From: Sminthopsis crassicaudata
Taxonomy: Eukaryota
Direction of reading: 5' to 3'
Length of the DNA stretch: 64,000 nt
Assembly (NCBI RefSeq): GCF_048593235.1
Contig: NC_133623.1
Location: forward strand, 57,378,066 to 57,442,065
Shown one piece after another: positions 12,999 through 24,875 of this stretch (position 1 is the first letter of the stretch; every line of letters begins with the position of its first letter). Made by a program: the position numbers and the translations under genes. Under the pieces are notes generated by a model. That model saw nothing but the letters and a program-made list of their open reading frames with translations. It was not told where the DNA came from and made no database searches.

Positions 12999-13591
12999 CT
13001 GGGGAGAGAGGAGAGAGGCGGGAGGCGGGGGAACAATAGGGAGTGCCAGCAGAATGGGGAGGGCTGGAAACAGCAGCCGGTGGGGGAGGGCAAGGCCTGC
13101 CTCCGCCAGCTCCATTGGGCTCTTCCCTCATTTACAGTGTCCAGTTACCAAGACTTCAGGGCAACGGGGCTCAAAAACGGCCCCCGAAATCCCCAAGCAT
13201 CCCCGGACAGAACGGTTTCCCTCATATTAGTGGGAGGCTTTCATTTCTAACGCGGCAAATGTCACTAACTCCCTTCTAAATCAAAGCTCTCTGGGCAGCC
13301 CTCCCGGATATTTAAGGGTAAAGGGATTTTGAGAGCAAAAAAAAGGGAACTTGAGGAGCTCTGCTGTGGGGAGATCGGCCTTAGCCGGCAGCTGGAAATC
13401 CGCAGGCGGTGCCCGAGCGGACGGACAGACAGGCTGGGGGGGTGGGGAGGCTAAGGGCAGAGAAGGCCAGAATCGCAGCCGTGCTCGGGGCATTGTGGGG
13501 TAAGGGGGCGCTTGAAGGAGGCTGGGGCAGGGACAGGAGGAGGAAGGTTAAAAGCTGTGTTAGTCCCCTTTGGCCAGACAGCCGGGCGGGC

Positions 13592-13924
<333 letters not shown>

Positions 13925-15479
13925 TCAGGGCCGGAAGGGACCTCCAGCGGCATCCCATCTAGCCCCTTGCGGATGCCCCGGTTCCCTCTGGTTCTTCCCC
14001 AAAGTTAGCTTCTGCTTGCTTCTTTCCAGCCCTGGGGCACTCACTACTTGCTGAGGCATTTCCCTGTCTGGACAAAGCTGAAATCTGCCTCCCGGGACTG
14101 GTCCTAGCTGCATGAGAGGTTAGGGGAAGGACGCCTACCAGAAGTTCTGGGGGCCAGTGGGCACCTTCTCTGGACCTCATCAGGCCTGGGGCAGAGCCAG
14201 ATGCCTGTAAGTGTTGGAGGTGAGAGCCGAACTCTCACGGTCCACAGGGGCCACAGCAATTCGGGCCTGGTAGAACTGAATTTCTCGCCAGGGTCCTCGC
14301 CATCCTGCGTCTGGGGCTCACTGCCGAGGGGGCGCTCGAGCCCGACCGCTTTGGGAAGCCTCGTGATTACAGCGGGGCTGGAATCCTCGGCCGCCGGCCC
14401 CCCTTCCCCACATCCACCACCCCACACCCATTGTTTTGGGCGGCATCCCCTGGCGCCCAGCACAACGGGGCCGACCTCTTCCCCCACATGGCGGCCTTTC
14501 ACATTCTTGAAAGACAGCCACGAGTCTTCCTCCTAGCCTCCTGCCCAGTGTCCTGACTCTGTTATCCAGCCGGGACAGATGATAAACCATCCCCCTCCTC
14601 GATTCTGGACTTTTTTTCCCCTTTTTTAGGCAAGTGGAGTTAAAAGACTTGCTCAGGGTCACACAGCTAGGAAATATCTGAGACTGGATCCACTTTGCCG
14701 CCAGCTGGACCTTTGAACTAAAGGTCCCATTGGGGTAGGGGTAGAGGCTTGGCCATAGCGGGGCGGCCAGGCCTCTCAGGGGGCTGGGCCTCCGTCCTGG
14801 ACAGCTCTAAATGACTGAACTCTTACTCCTGTGCAAGCCTTTTAAGCTCAGTGCTGGCTGAACTACTTCCACAGCATCCTGGGAACGTGAATCCTAGCTT
14901 GCTCAGGGGGAGTGGGACAGCTGGTGCCGTCCAGCTTACAGCTGAGGAAACTGAGGCACTGAAAATGGTCTACAGTCTCGAGGACTTAGAAGTGAAAGGG
15001 AGACCGTACAGTCCCACCCTCTCGTTTTCCAGATGAGGAAACTGAGCCAGAGAGCTACTCAGGAGTAACTTTTCTAAGCTCCTGAGCCTAGTGCAGCTTG
15101 GCTCCCAGCCCTTTCTCCATGGCTGGGAAGTAACAGAGCAAGACTTCGTGCCCTCTTTCTCGAACTCGGAACCAGGCCTCTGTTCCTGAATCAAGCTCCC
15201 CATCAGCTACACTGAAGCCTTACCTCCCCTTGCTCCCATTCACCTCGGATTCTTGCTAACGGAGGATGAAGCTGGCCGTCCCCAGAGACCCCTGTCTTCC
15301 AGCTATGTTCAAGCACTAGCTTTCAAGAACCACCTCCTCCAAGGAGCCTTCAGTCAGCAGTTATTAAGCCCCAATTACATGCAGGAACTATCCTTAAAAC
15401 CAGAAAGGCCTGGTTCTGAAACCAGAACTGCCTCTGAAACATACGTGGAGGCAGGTGGACTTCAGGGGCCTGGAGTCTG

Positions 15480-15635
15480 AGTCCTTACTAGCTGGGTGAC
15501 CCTGACCAAGTCACTTCCCTCTGTTTGCCTCAGTTTCCCTATCTGTAAAATGAGCTGGAGAAGGAAAAGGCAAACCCCTCCAGTATCTCTGTCAAGAAAA
15601 CCCCAAATGGGGTCCCCAAGAGTGGGACATGACTC
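15480..15635 (+). mobile_element. CORE SINE with RTE-derived tail (Mar1-like)
   Basis: CORE gtgaccctgaccaagtcact...cctcagtttccctatctgtaaaatg followed by gagctggagaaggaaaaggcaaacccctccagtatc...aagaaaacccc tail. Confidence 0.7.
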
Positions 15636-16003
15636 CCCTCTTCCTACCCCTAGTCATGCATTTCCTTAGAATTCCCTGACGGCATTCCCTCCCTCCCCCC
15701 CCAGCTATCCTAAGATGGTGATTTAGGCTTGACCCGTCTTGGTCTACACAGCCCCGGACATTGTGCCGTAGAATCTAGAGCAAGAAAGGATCTCAGAGGC
15801 CGTTGAGTTCAACTCCTTCCTTTCATAGACGGGGAAACTGAGGCACAAGTAACTGGCCCGAGCTGGAGACAAAACCCAGGATCTGTGACTTCAAGCCTCC
15901 ATAGTCCAGCTGACATGGCCGCCACTCCCAGGGTTCTTAAGTCTGGAAATTTTACTCTCTGCCATGCCCTGTGCCCGCCACCCCTTCTCCCAGCCCCCCG
16001 TAC

Positions 16004-16160
16004 CTTCCTGTAAACTGAGGGTCTTGGCGGCCGGGGAATCTTTGAGCAGTTCCTTGATGAAGATTCCTTCCTTCCCGCCTCCTGCCACATTGATGCCGCT
16101 GACCCCCGTCTCAGCCTCGGTCTCCACGATGATCTCCACCAGCTCTGCCTTCCTGAGCTC
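16004..16160 (-). CDS. PRX: Periaxin coding exon, first half of the PDZ-like domain ([16 protein letters not shown]...LSLQE)
   Basis: cccccAG acceptor, G|GTACGG donor, 157 nt phase 0-1. Confidence 0.96.
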
Positions 16161-16390
16161 CTGGGGGCAGAGGAGGACGGGGGAGGGGAGGTCAGGTGGG
16201 CAAGGAGCAGCCCATCTCCCAGAAGGAGGCGGGAAGAGACCAGCGGAGCCCCAGACTCCTGATCTGCGGGACCCAGTGGCCCGCTGCCCTGGAGAATGTG
16301 GGTCACGTCAGGGCCCCGGCCCCCCTCGACCTCCCGGGAGCAGACTTAGACGCCCGTGATGCTGCTCCCCTGGCCCAAGGACTTGTGTAC

Positions 16391-16417
16391 CTCAGCGCTC
16401 CTACTCCTGGCCTCCAT
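16391..16417 (-). CDS. PRX: Periaxin canonical start exon (MEARSRSAE)
   Basis: GGCACCATGG Kozak, GAG|GTACAC donor, 27 coding nt. Confidence 0.95.
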
Positions 16418-16519
16418 GGTGCCTCCAGAGGTTGAGGCTGGAGCCCCAAATGCAGCCCACCTCTCTCCTTTCTTCTGTAAAACCTGCTTCAGCTCTGCAT
16501 GGAGCAGAAGCTTCTGGGC
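16418..16519 (-). other. PRX: 5' part of the PRX start exon (102 nt, open in frame: AQKLLLHAELKQVLQKKGERWAAFGAPASTSGGT)
   Basis: cctcccactgcAG acceptor (AG at 16521-16520); hand translation has no stop up to the ATG. Confidence 0.75.
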
Positions 16520-17168
16520 CTGCAGTGGGAGGAGTAAGGGGTTGTGAGGGAGAGCACTGGTCTCATAAGGGACCAGAGAACAGGAGCAGGTAAGGGCTGG
16601 GGCGGGGGGGGGGAGGGTGTGGGACAGGGAGCACCCCCCCCACTAATGCTTAAGGAGATGTAAGATAGGACCTGGGGAAATATCCAGGACAAGCCGGCCC
16701 TTTAAAAGGATTGGGGACTTGCCCAGGATCCCTTGCACTTGGAGCTGGAGGAAATCCAGCCCAGCCCTCTAACTCCATTGGGAGAGATGGACAGACCCAG
16801 GTCCTCCTGAGAGAGCACCGACTTCTAGGCAAGGGAGATGGGTTTAAACTGGGCTCTGGGGCTCCCCCAGCCCCCTCTCAATTTTAAGCTGTGTGGCGTC
16901 GGAAAAGTCGATCGACCTTTCTGAGTCTCGGGTCCCTCATTTGCAAAATGGGATTCGTATTTGTATGGCCTCCCTCACGGGGTTGGACAGATGAGGAAAC
17001 AAAGGCACAGGACATAAGTGACTTGCTCGGGGAGCCTAGCCCGGGGGTCCACCTCCCCCGCCTCCCGTTGCCTGCTCCGGTGGGGGCCCAAGCACCAATG
17101 GGGGTCCAGGAAGAAGACCCAGCTTCCGAGCAGCCCCGTCTCCTCCCCCTAGTAGTTGTGATTCTCAC

Positions 17169-17261
17169 CGCCCTCTCGGCGCAGTGCCCGGCTGCGGGGG
17201 GGCGCTGGGCCCAGAGCACTTGGGGGTCCGCCGCTCTCCCCTTCTCTCCTGGATCACTCGC
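17169..17261 (-). other. PRX: Predicted upstream PRX exon, 93 nt
   Basis: cttcctcccccacAG acceptor and GCG|GTGAGA donor; open in phase 0-0. Confidence 0.65.
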
Positions 17262-17398
17262 CTGTGGGGGAGGAAGCAGCAGCCAGAGACTGAGGAAGAG
17301 GCTCAAGCAGCAACTGAGAACAAGCCTTTAGGTGCCTGCGGTGCCGGGCCCGGCCTGCCCTGTCCTCTGAGCAAGGCGGAGGGTCCTCGGCTACTCAC

Positions 17399-17454
17399 CT
17401 CAGTGCCGACTCCTGCCCCGGGAAGGTTCTTGGTCTGAGACTGCCTGGGGGACC
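17399..17454 (-). other. PRX: Predicted upstream PRX exon, 56 nt
   Basis: cctgctctcttcccAG acceptor and GAG|GTGAGT donor; open in phase 1-0. Confidence 0.7.
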
Positions 17455-18390
17455 CTGGGAAGAGAGCAGGTGATGAGGAGGCCTTCCGGCCAGCACTTAG
17501 CTGGGATCTGAGCTCCCAGCAAGTCCTCATGGGATGGGAGGGATCACAGAGCGGAGGATATTTGCCTAGAGTCACATAACTACTTTCGGGGGGCCCAATA
17601 TGGAATCCGAGCAGGCTCCCATCTTGGAATCTCCTCACTGGGAGCTCCCAGCAAGTCCTCACAGGATGTGAATCAGAGAGGGGAGGATATTTTCCAGAGC
17701 CTTGGGCTTTCCCATTCTCCCCCGCTGCCTGCCCTCTGGATGAGGTAGAAATCGGGAGACGCAGGGGCAGGGAGAAGAGTACAAGCTGAGAACGGGGAAA
17801 AGACCGGGGAGAGGGAAGGATACCGCCCGACACCCACAAAATAGCCTCTGAAGCCTAGCTTGGCTTAGCCCCAGAGAACACAACTGGCAGAAGGAGCCAA
17901 GAACAGCAGAGATCAGAGGCCGGGCTCTTTCTACAGGTGGGGAAACTGAGGCACGAGGAGGCTAAATGACAGGCTTGTAGCTCCAGAGCTGGACGGGCTC
18001 TCGGTATCCACACACTAAAACACGATTTTACAGAGGAGGACAAAGCTGAGAAGGTGAAGCACTTGCCCAAGTTTCCGCAGGCGGGGAGCAGCAGAGATGG
18101 GAAGATTTGAGCCAAAGAATTAGTTTTCTAACAGACAGAGCCGCCCCAGAGTCACGGGCTGGTTCATGAGGTGGCGGGGTCCCCGTCCGTGGGGCCTTCA
18201 GGTAGAGAGGGTGATTTGTTTGCCCAGGAAAGGGCTAGATTCCTGCCTGCCTGCCCAGAGCCTGACCTAGGCAAAGGCTCTCAGCCTCCCAGCCTCAGTT
18301 TCCTCATCTGCAAAGTAAAGGGGTTGGACGACGTAGATCTCGAGTCTCCCCCTCTGAATCCTGGCCTTCTGGGCAAGGCTGGTGACTCAC

Positions 18391-18574
18391 CCCCCCCAGA
18401 CCTCTCCCGAGGCGCCGGCCCGAAGGTCCGCTCTAGCTCTGGGACTTGGTCTCTGGGCCACTCCCTTGCCCCCACCTGGGCTCCCCCCCCTCCTGGCAAG
18501 CCCATCCCCCAGTGGGGTTGGCATCCTGGCTTCGCCCCCACTCTGGCTGAAAGGTCAGCTTTCACAAGGCCCAT
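18391..18574 (-). other. PRX: Candidate alternative PRX first exon with in-frame ATGs (18574, 18505)
   Basis: G|GTGAGT donor leaves phase 1 in ORF 18281-18643; AAAATGG and GGGATGG Kozak contexts; TSS unknown. Confidence 0.35.
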
Positions 18575-21467
18575 TTTCAGGAACAATAGGGCCCCTCCCC
18601 ACCCCTCCCTGCTGGTCAAATTCCCACCCCCTCCAAACCGCACAAAGCCCCTTCAGAGCCCACCTCCAGCAGGCCGATGGATCCCTGGGAGCATTTTGGT
18701 GACCCAGGGGCCCCTCTCCCCCTCCAAGGGCCTCTCCGCCAACACAGAGCCTCAGGCCCGTCCTCCCTCCCCTTCCCTTCCCCTCCCCTCCCCTCCCCTC
18801 CAGACTGGAGGACCAACAAACAGACCAGTTGCCTGAGTTACAGGATACCTGGCACTAGAAATGTGATCTGCAGCAAGTGCCTGCCCCTTTCTGGGCCTCG
18901 GTTTCCCCAGCTGTAAAGTGTGCTGGCTGGTATGGGGCTGACTCCCTCCACAAGCTAAGGAGACCGTGATTATCCCTGTTTATAGATGAGGAAACTGAGG
19001 CAGGAAGAAGTAGCAGGCCTGGGTCACAGCTAGCACGTGAACCTGAGGCTGTCCACAAGGAGATATGTCTTTCAGGAGGCCAGTGTTGGCACCCGGGTGG
19101 CCCTTGAGACCTGGGCCGTCCATCACGACCCCTCGTCTGTCTCCCTCCCTCTCTGGCCCCCACTCCTGTCTCTCTCTCTAGATCAGTCTCTGAGCGCGGC
19201 TGCTGCTCTCCCAGCTGTTTCCTCTTCTGGGGCCCCAAACCCCAGCCCCAGGTGCCACAGTGCCCGTCACTCGGAGGCAGAGCTAGAATAGCTCCCCGGG
19301 ATCCCAGGGAGGGTCCCAACTGGACTCCGATGCCCCGGCAGGCAGGGGCAGGGACAGGAAGACCAGCCGGGCGGGCAGGCAGGGTGGGGAGCAGAGGAAG
19401 ACTTCTGTCCTTAGCCTAGGTGGGTGGGGCAGGACATCCCCTTTTCTTCCGGCCTCCCCTCCCTTTGGGCCCGGCCACACCCTCTCGGTACCCTCGGTCT
19501 AGCTCTTACAAGGAGAGAAGAGGGGGCAGGAAGTCCACCTTGTCTCAGTTCCTGCCCTTGCCTGTCTTTGACTCACCCCGGATCCAGTTCAGCCCTTCCA
19601 CTTGTACAGAAGGGGGAAATTGGAGCCACCAGACCAGGAGCCTTAGACCTAGAACGGCCTTTAGGAACCACCTGATGCAAGGAGGAGCTTATTTTCCAAC
19701 TGATAATTGCACTGCAATATCATTGCTTTCCAGTGCAATCCCCTTTTTATTCTACACGGTTAAGAACAGGATTCTGGGAAATGGTCCCTAGTTTTCACCA
19801 GGCTGGCCAAGAAGGAAGACCCCGGTCTAATCCAGTTCCTCCATTCCCAGAAGAGGCTGACGGCTCCCACGGCTAAGTGGGCTGGGTGGCCACAGTGCCC
19901 AGAGATTGAAGTCGGGGTCCCCAACTCCAACCTCGGGGCCCTTGGCCATCCCAGGGCAAGCCGGAGTCAGGCCGTACTGGCCATTATTTTACATGATTCA
20001 CGTCATGATTAAGCGCGAGCGTAAATAAAGGAATTGCTTGAGAGAATCCTAGAATATTTGAGCTAGGAGGGACTCCTGGGTAGTAGAGCCCATCCCTCCT
20101 GCTACACACAGCCTGTGTTTGGGGAACCCCCCCTTGGAAGGGACCTCCAGTCCTGGCTTAGGAGGCTAAGTGATCCAAGGCGGGCCTTAGAGACAGCCCG
20201 GTCCAAAAGCCCTTGAGTCACAGGGGAGGGAACAGAGGCCCAGAAAGTTAAGGCATTTGCCTCCAGGAAGTGAACCTCTGAAGCAGGGTTTGCCCCCAGC
20301 GCTCTCCACAGCAGTCCCAGAAGCCTTTCCACAGGGTCATGCTGCCGGGCCCAAACCCGGGTTCCCCAACGCAGGGGAGGATTCGGGTCTCAGTTGGCTT
20401 CCCTCAAATAGGAGATGGAGAACTTCTGAGAAGCTCGTGTTACAAGGCAGGGAAGAGGCGGTAAATCTGGACCCCTGAGATTCTCTGACCCTGTGGGACA
20501 AGCCCACTGCTTCCCCTTGCCCAGAGAAAGATAGTGCAGTGCAGTGGCAAGAGCTGCCAACTTGGGATTCTGAGAGCTTGCCCTGGAAGGGGGGCTTTGT
20601 TGCCAGCTTTTTGACTTGGATAATGACTGCCTCTCCTGGGTCATCTGCGAAGGAGGGTTCTCGATTAGCTGGCACGGAAGACCCCCTAAAAGCCCAGGAT
20701 CCTGAGTACCCCTGCTCTGACACCGCCTAGGCAAGTGGGGAAGATGCTTCTGAACCATGTGGGTGAGGAGACTGATTTCAGCTCTCCCCGTTCAGATCCT
20801 GCTTCTGCCCTTACAAAAGCTAGTCCCTTTCCCAGGCGCTCCATTCCTCCTATTTAAAAAAATGGGGAGGGGGGGATCAGACTGAGGCTTTCAATCCCCT
20901 CAGAAGTGCCAGATTCAGGTTGTCCCCACCCTGGTTGCGGGTTCTGGAGAAGTTGCCCTTTCCTCCATTGATGGCCCAAAAAACATGGATGGGCAAGGGG
21001 GACGGTGGGAGGGCTCCCCCATTGGAGGGTCTAAGGTGGGGCCTGGAGGCCGCTGGCTTGGCGGAAGTCTGGGGTCCCAATAAAGGAGCCGGCCCAGTGG
21101 CCAGTTCCTCGCCCCCAGCTTCTTCCCCTCAGTTCTCCGTCACTCCCGTGTCTGAGCCTAGAACTTAGAGAACCTTGACTCTGGAGCATTCTCTTCTCAG
21201 GGCTTTGCCCACCTGGTCTCCACCCAGCTTCCCCCCCCCAGGGTATAGGTATCCAGCCCTCAGCCTTTCCTTCCAAGGTCTCGGCATGCTGGCCCCCAGC
21301 TCTCTCTCCCAGAATTTAGGCTTCAGCCTCCATCACCTCTCCAGCCCAGGCCCAGGTACCTGCCCCTCAAACTTCTCCCCCCTGGCCCGGGCATCCCAGC
21401 TCCCTGGGCTCATCTTCAGATCTCGGGGCTCTGAACCCACAGCTGCTCCCACAGGGGGCTCCCTTAC

Positions 21468-21530
21468 CGTCCGCCTGGACCGCCGGCTCTGGATGCCCTG
21501 CCTGCTCTGCCCAAGCCAGGGGAAAAGGAA
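21468..21530 (-). other. PRX: Candidate non-coding PRX first exon (distal promoter)
   Basis: ACG|GTAAGG donor at 21467-21466 below a G-rich, EGR/SP-like promoter-type stretch (21530-21700); 5' boundary approximate. Confidence 0.35.
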
Positions 21531-22204
21531 CTGGCCCGGGAAGGGGGGCAGGGGGGTGGTGGGAGGGCTCATCTCATTGGCAGATGTCATGAGGGGCTGG
21601 GAATGGGGGAGGGGTGGCTCTCCCTCCCCCCATCCCCCTCTAGTGCATGCCCCCCCCCTTTCTCTATTCTTTGCAAGGGGAGGCTGCTGTCAAAGGCGCT
21701 GGGCTTGGTGCTGGGGAGCTTGGGACCCGGCTGAAGGAGCCTGGCCTTTGAACCCTCCTCGTACACTTACTGATCCTGGGCAAGTCAACATTAAAAATCT
21801 TTTTCTTCTGATTTTTTTCTCTTGTGGTTTTCCCTTTTGTTCTGATTTTTCTCTCCCAACATGATTCATAAAGAAATATGTATTTTAAAAAAATGTACAG
21901 GTATAATCAGAAAATTAAAACACCAAAAAAAAAAAAAAAAATCTGAGCCTGAGTTAACTCATCTACAAAATGGGAATAATAGCATCTGTTCCATTGGAGC
22001 CGGGGAGTTTGAGTGGGATAAGATGGAACGGGGCGGGTCTGGATTTCATTGGCACAGAAAGTCCCAGGTGAGGAAATTCCTTCTCCTGCTGCAGATCAGC
22101 ACGCTCACAGGCACCATAGCCTTAGAGGCTTGCCCAGCAAAGGTAATTAGCAGGGATTTGCCCGGAGTCGCCATTCAGACCCAGCTTGAACCCAAGACTT
22201 CTTG

Positions 22205-22440
22205 AGGCAGGTGGTGTTGTAGTGTATAGGGTGCTGGACCTGGTGGCAGAAAAAGCAGCCCCAGTCCCTTAACTACAGTGACCCTGGCCAAGTCACTTTA
22301 CCCCATCTGCCTCAGTTTATTTAACTGTCAAATGGGGATAGTATAATAGTCATTTCCTGGAACGGGTTGTGAGGATCAAACATTTCTCAATTAATTAGCA
22401 CAGTGCCTGATATACAGTAGGTGCTAAATACATGTTTATC
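22205..22440 (+). mobile_element. MIR SINE
   Basis: gtgaccctggccaagtcactttacc...cctcagttt...aaatggggata...gttgtgaggatcaa...agcacagtgcctg. Confidence 0.75.
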
Positions 22441-23144
22441 TTCCCTCTCCTTATTCCCAGGCTTCAAAGCTGATTGTCCATAATACCACATACACTATGT
22501 GTAAAACACTTTGCAGGCTGTAAAGTGCTATGGACATATTGTTATTGTGGTCTTGGGTAGGTCCCTTCTGTTTGTGACTCAGTTTCCTTCTCTGTAAAAT
22601 GAGGTGGCCTAGGAATGTGTGCTCTCTTCTGATTCCGAGTCCTCGGATGCCATGCCTTTTATCAAGATCGGTTTTTGAGGGCCAAAGTTTTCCAGGGGTC
22701 AGCCAGGGAGAAGGCAGGGGAGAAGGTTTAACAACCGGCTCTCCAAAAGACCAAATACGTACCCACCTGACATAGTTTAAAGTTTATATCATTATTTTCT
22801 CTGTCACTTTTTTAGGTCTAGGATATCTACAGAACATCACCTGGATTGGGCAGGGCTGTCTTCCTTTTAACCCTTGCCAATTTCTGTGGCATTCTCATGA
22901 CCAGAATTGGAACTATCGGTTTGCTGGTGGAAGCTAGTTCCAGCCCGACCCTTGCGGGGAGTCCTGGGGAAAGGTTTGGGGGTACTTCGGGGCCTCCGGG
23001 TGTCAGGACCAACATACCAAGGATGGAGAGGCCAGTGGCATTCTGGGAAAAGACACATTCCTCTTCCCTCCTCCTCTGCTAATTGCGTCCTAGAAAAAAT
23101 AACTAGATCCCAGAGGGAGTGTGCAAGCTTGTGTGCTGGAGTGT

Positions 23145-23232
23145 GCACACACACACACACACACACTCTCTCATACACACACACAATAATGCACACAATC
23201 ACACATACAATCACAGACACAATTACACCCAT

Positions 23233-23268
<36 letters not shown>

Positions 23269-23470
23269 TCATACACACACAATAATGCACACAATCACAC
23301 ATACAATCACAGACACAATTACACCCATACTCGCACACACACACACACACACACACTCACTCTCATACACACACACAATAATGCACACAATCACACATAC
23401 AATCACAGACACAATTACACCCATACTCGCACACATACTCATACACACACACAAGACACAATCACACACA
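23145..23470. repeat. 96-bp tandem repeat x3+ built around (CA)n
   Basis: AATAATGCAC at 23185, 23281 and 23377. Confidence 0.9.
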
Positions 23471-24589
23471 CCCTCAGATCCTCTGCATGCTCTTGAGGAA
23501 TGCCTTCTCTCACTGCCTCAGTTTCCCCGGATGTTAATGCCCATTTTACTAGCATGACCACCTAATAACAGCCATCCAAAATGATATTTTCTGTCAATTT
23601 AAGAACTTTCCGGGACCCAGTCCCATTTAATCCCACAGCAGCCCCGTAACCACTCCATTTCACAGAGGAGGAAGCTGAGTCTCAGGCTGTAGGGGGACTG
23701 TAGGTGAGGGTCCAAGGTGGGGCTGAAGCCCAGGACTTGCTGACCGGGTACTCCGGGCTCCCAGTCTGCTGGTTCCCGAGCCCCTTGGGGTTCCCAGGGT
23801 TTGAGGATGGAATCAAGTGAGGAGGAATGTGGAGACCACTGGGGAGATGGGGGGCGGCCTCCTTATCCTTTGCCCACCAGGCTCCTGCCTGTGCCAGAAG
23901 TCTCGGCCCTTCATTCCCAGGCTATCCTGCTATCTGATGCAGGGAAGGTCACTGGAGGGGGGGTGGTGGGGGCCAGAACCTGAGGTTTGTGTTCCAATTC
24001 TGCCTGTGTTATGGAATCTTGAGCACTTTGCTACTCTGAGCCTCAATTTTCCTTTCAGAGAATGGGAATAATACCTTATAGATTGGCTGAGCTCCTGAGG
24101 GACTCTACTAGGACTAAGGTGGAGCCCAAGGGCTCCTGGAGGAAGAGCTTGCCCTGGGCTTTTCCGAGCTCTCCTCCCTCTGCTATCCCATTCTCTCCCA
24201 GACTCACCTGGTCCCGCGGATTGGCACAAGGAGCAGAAGTAGGTCCACATGGCCCCGTCCTGGGCAGAGCTCCCTGTCTGTGGCTCCCCGCCTGGCTGAA
24301 GCTCCTCTGCGCCCCAGGGAGAGGGGCCCACGAGGTCTGGGGGATTAGCTCAAACTGCCTGTCAGCAGCTTTCGGGCACTCGCCATTGTCCCTGTCCAGG
24401 GGACCGCTGCCGTGGCTGCCCTGCTCCTGCACTTACCCAGCACGCCCTGGCCCAGGACCCCCGGATCCAGCAGTCTAGAACTCAGACCTGGATGAACAAA
24501 AGAATGCCTAATGTCTAAACTGGGGAGGCCCGAAGAGTGGAGACTGTTAAAGACAGAGACCTTAGAATATAGAACATGGAATGCCGGAA

Positions 24590-24875
24590 CCAGAGGGGCC
24601 TAGAACCTGTTAGAATTAGAGGGACCTTAGAACCCAGACCAAATACCAGAACCAGAGGGCCCTAGAACCCAGTTGTTCGACCAGGAGAGACCTTAGAACC
24701 CAGACCAAGGAATGCCAGAACTGGAAGGCCCTAGAACCCAGCTGTTCGACCAGGAGAGACCTTAGAACCCAGACCAAGGAATGCCAGAACCAGAAGGCCC
24801 TAGAACCCAGCTGTTCGACCAGGAGAGACCTTAGAACCCAGACCAAGGAATGCCAGAACCAGAGGGCCCTAGAAT
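24590..24875. repeat. 69-bp minisatellite, about 4 copies, TAGAACC-rich
   Basis: CCTAGAACCC at 24661, 24730 and 24799. Confidence 0.92.

Noticed and set aside
17505-17700. ~55-bp direct repeat spaced about 130 bp in a PRX upstream intron
   Set aside because: Small local duplication with no splice or motif logic; noted only.
22907-23557. His/Thr- and Cys/Val-rich ORFs
   Set aside because: Translations of the (CA)n-based 96-bp repeat.
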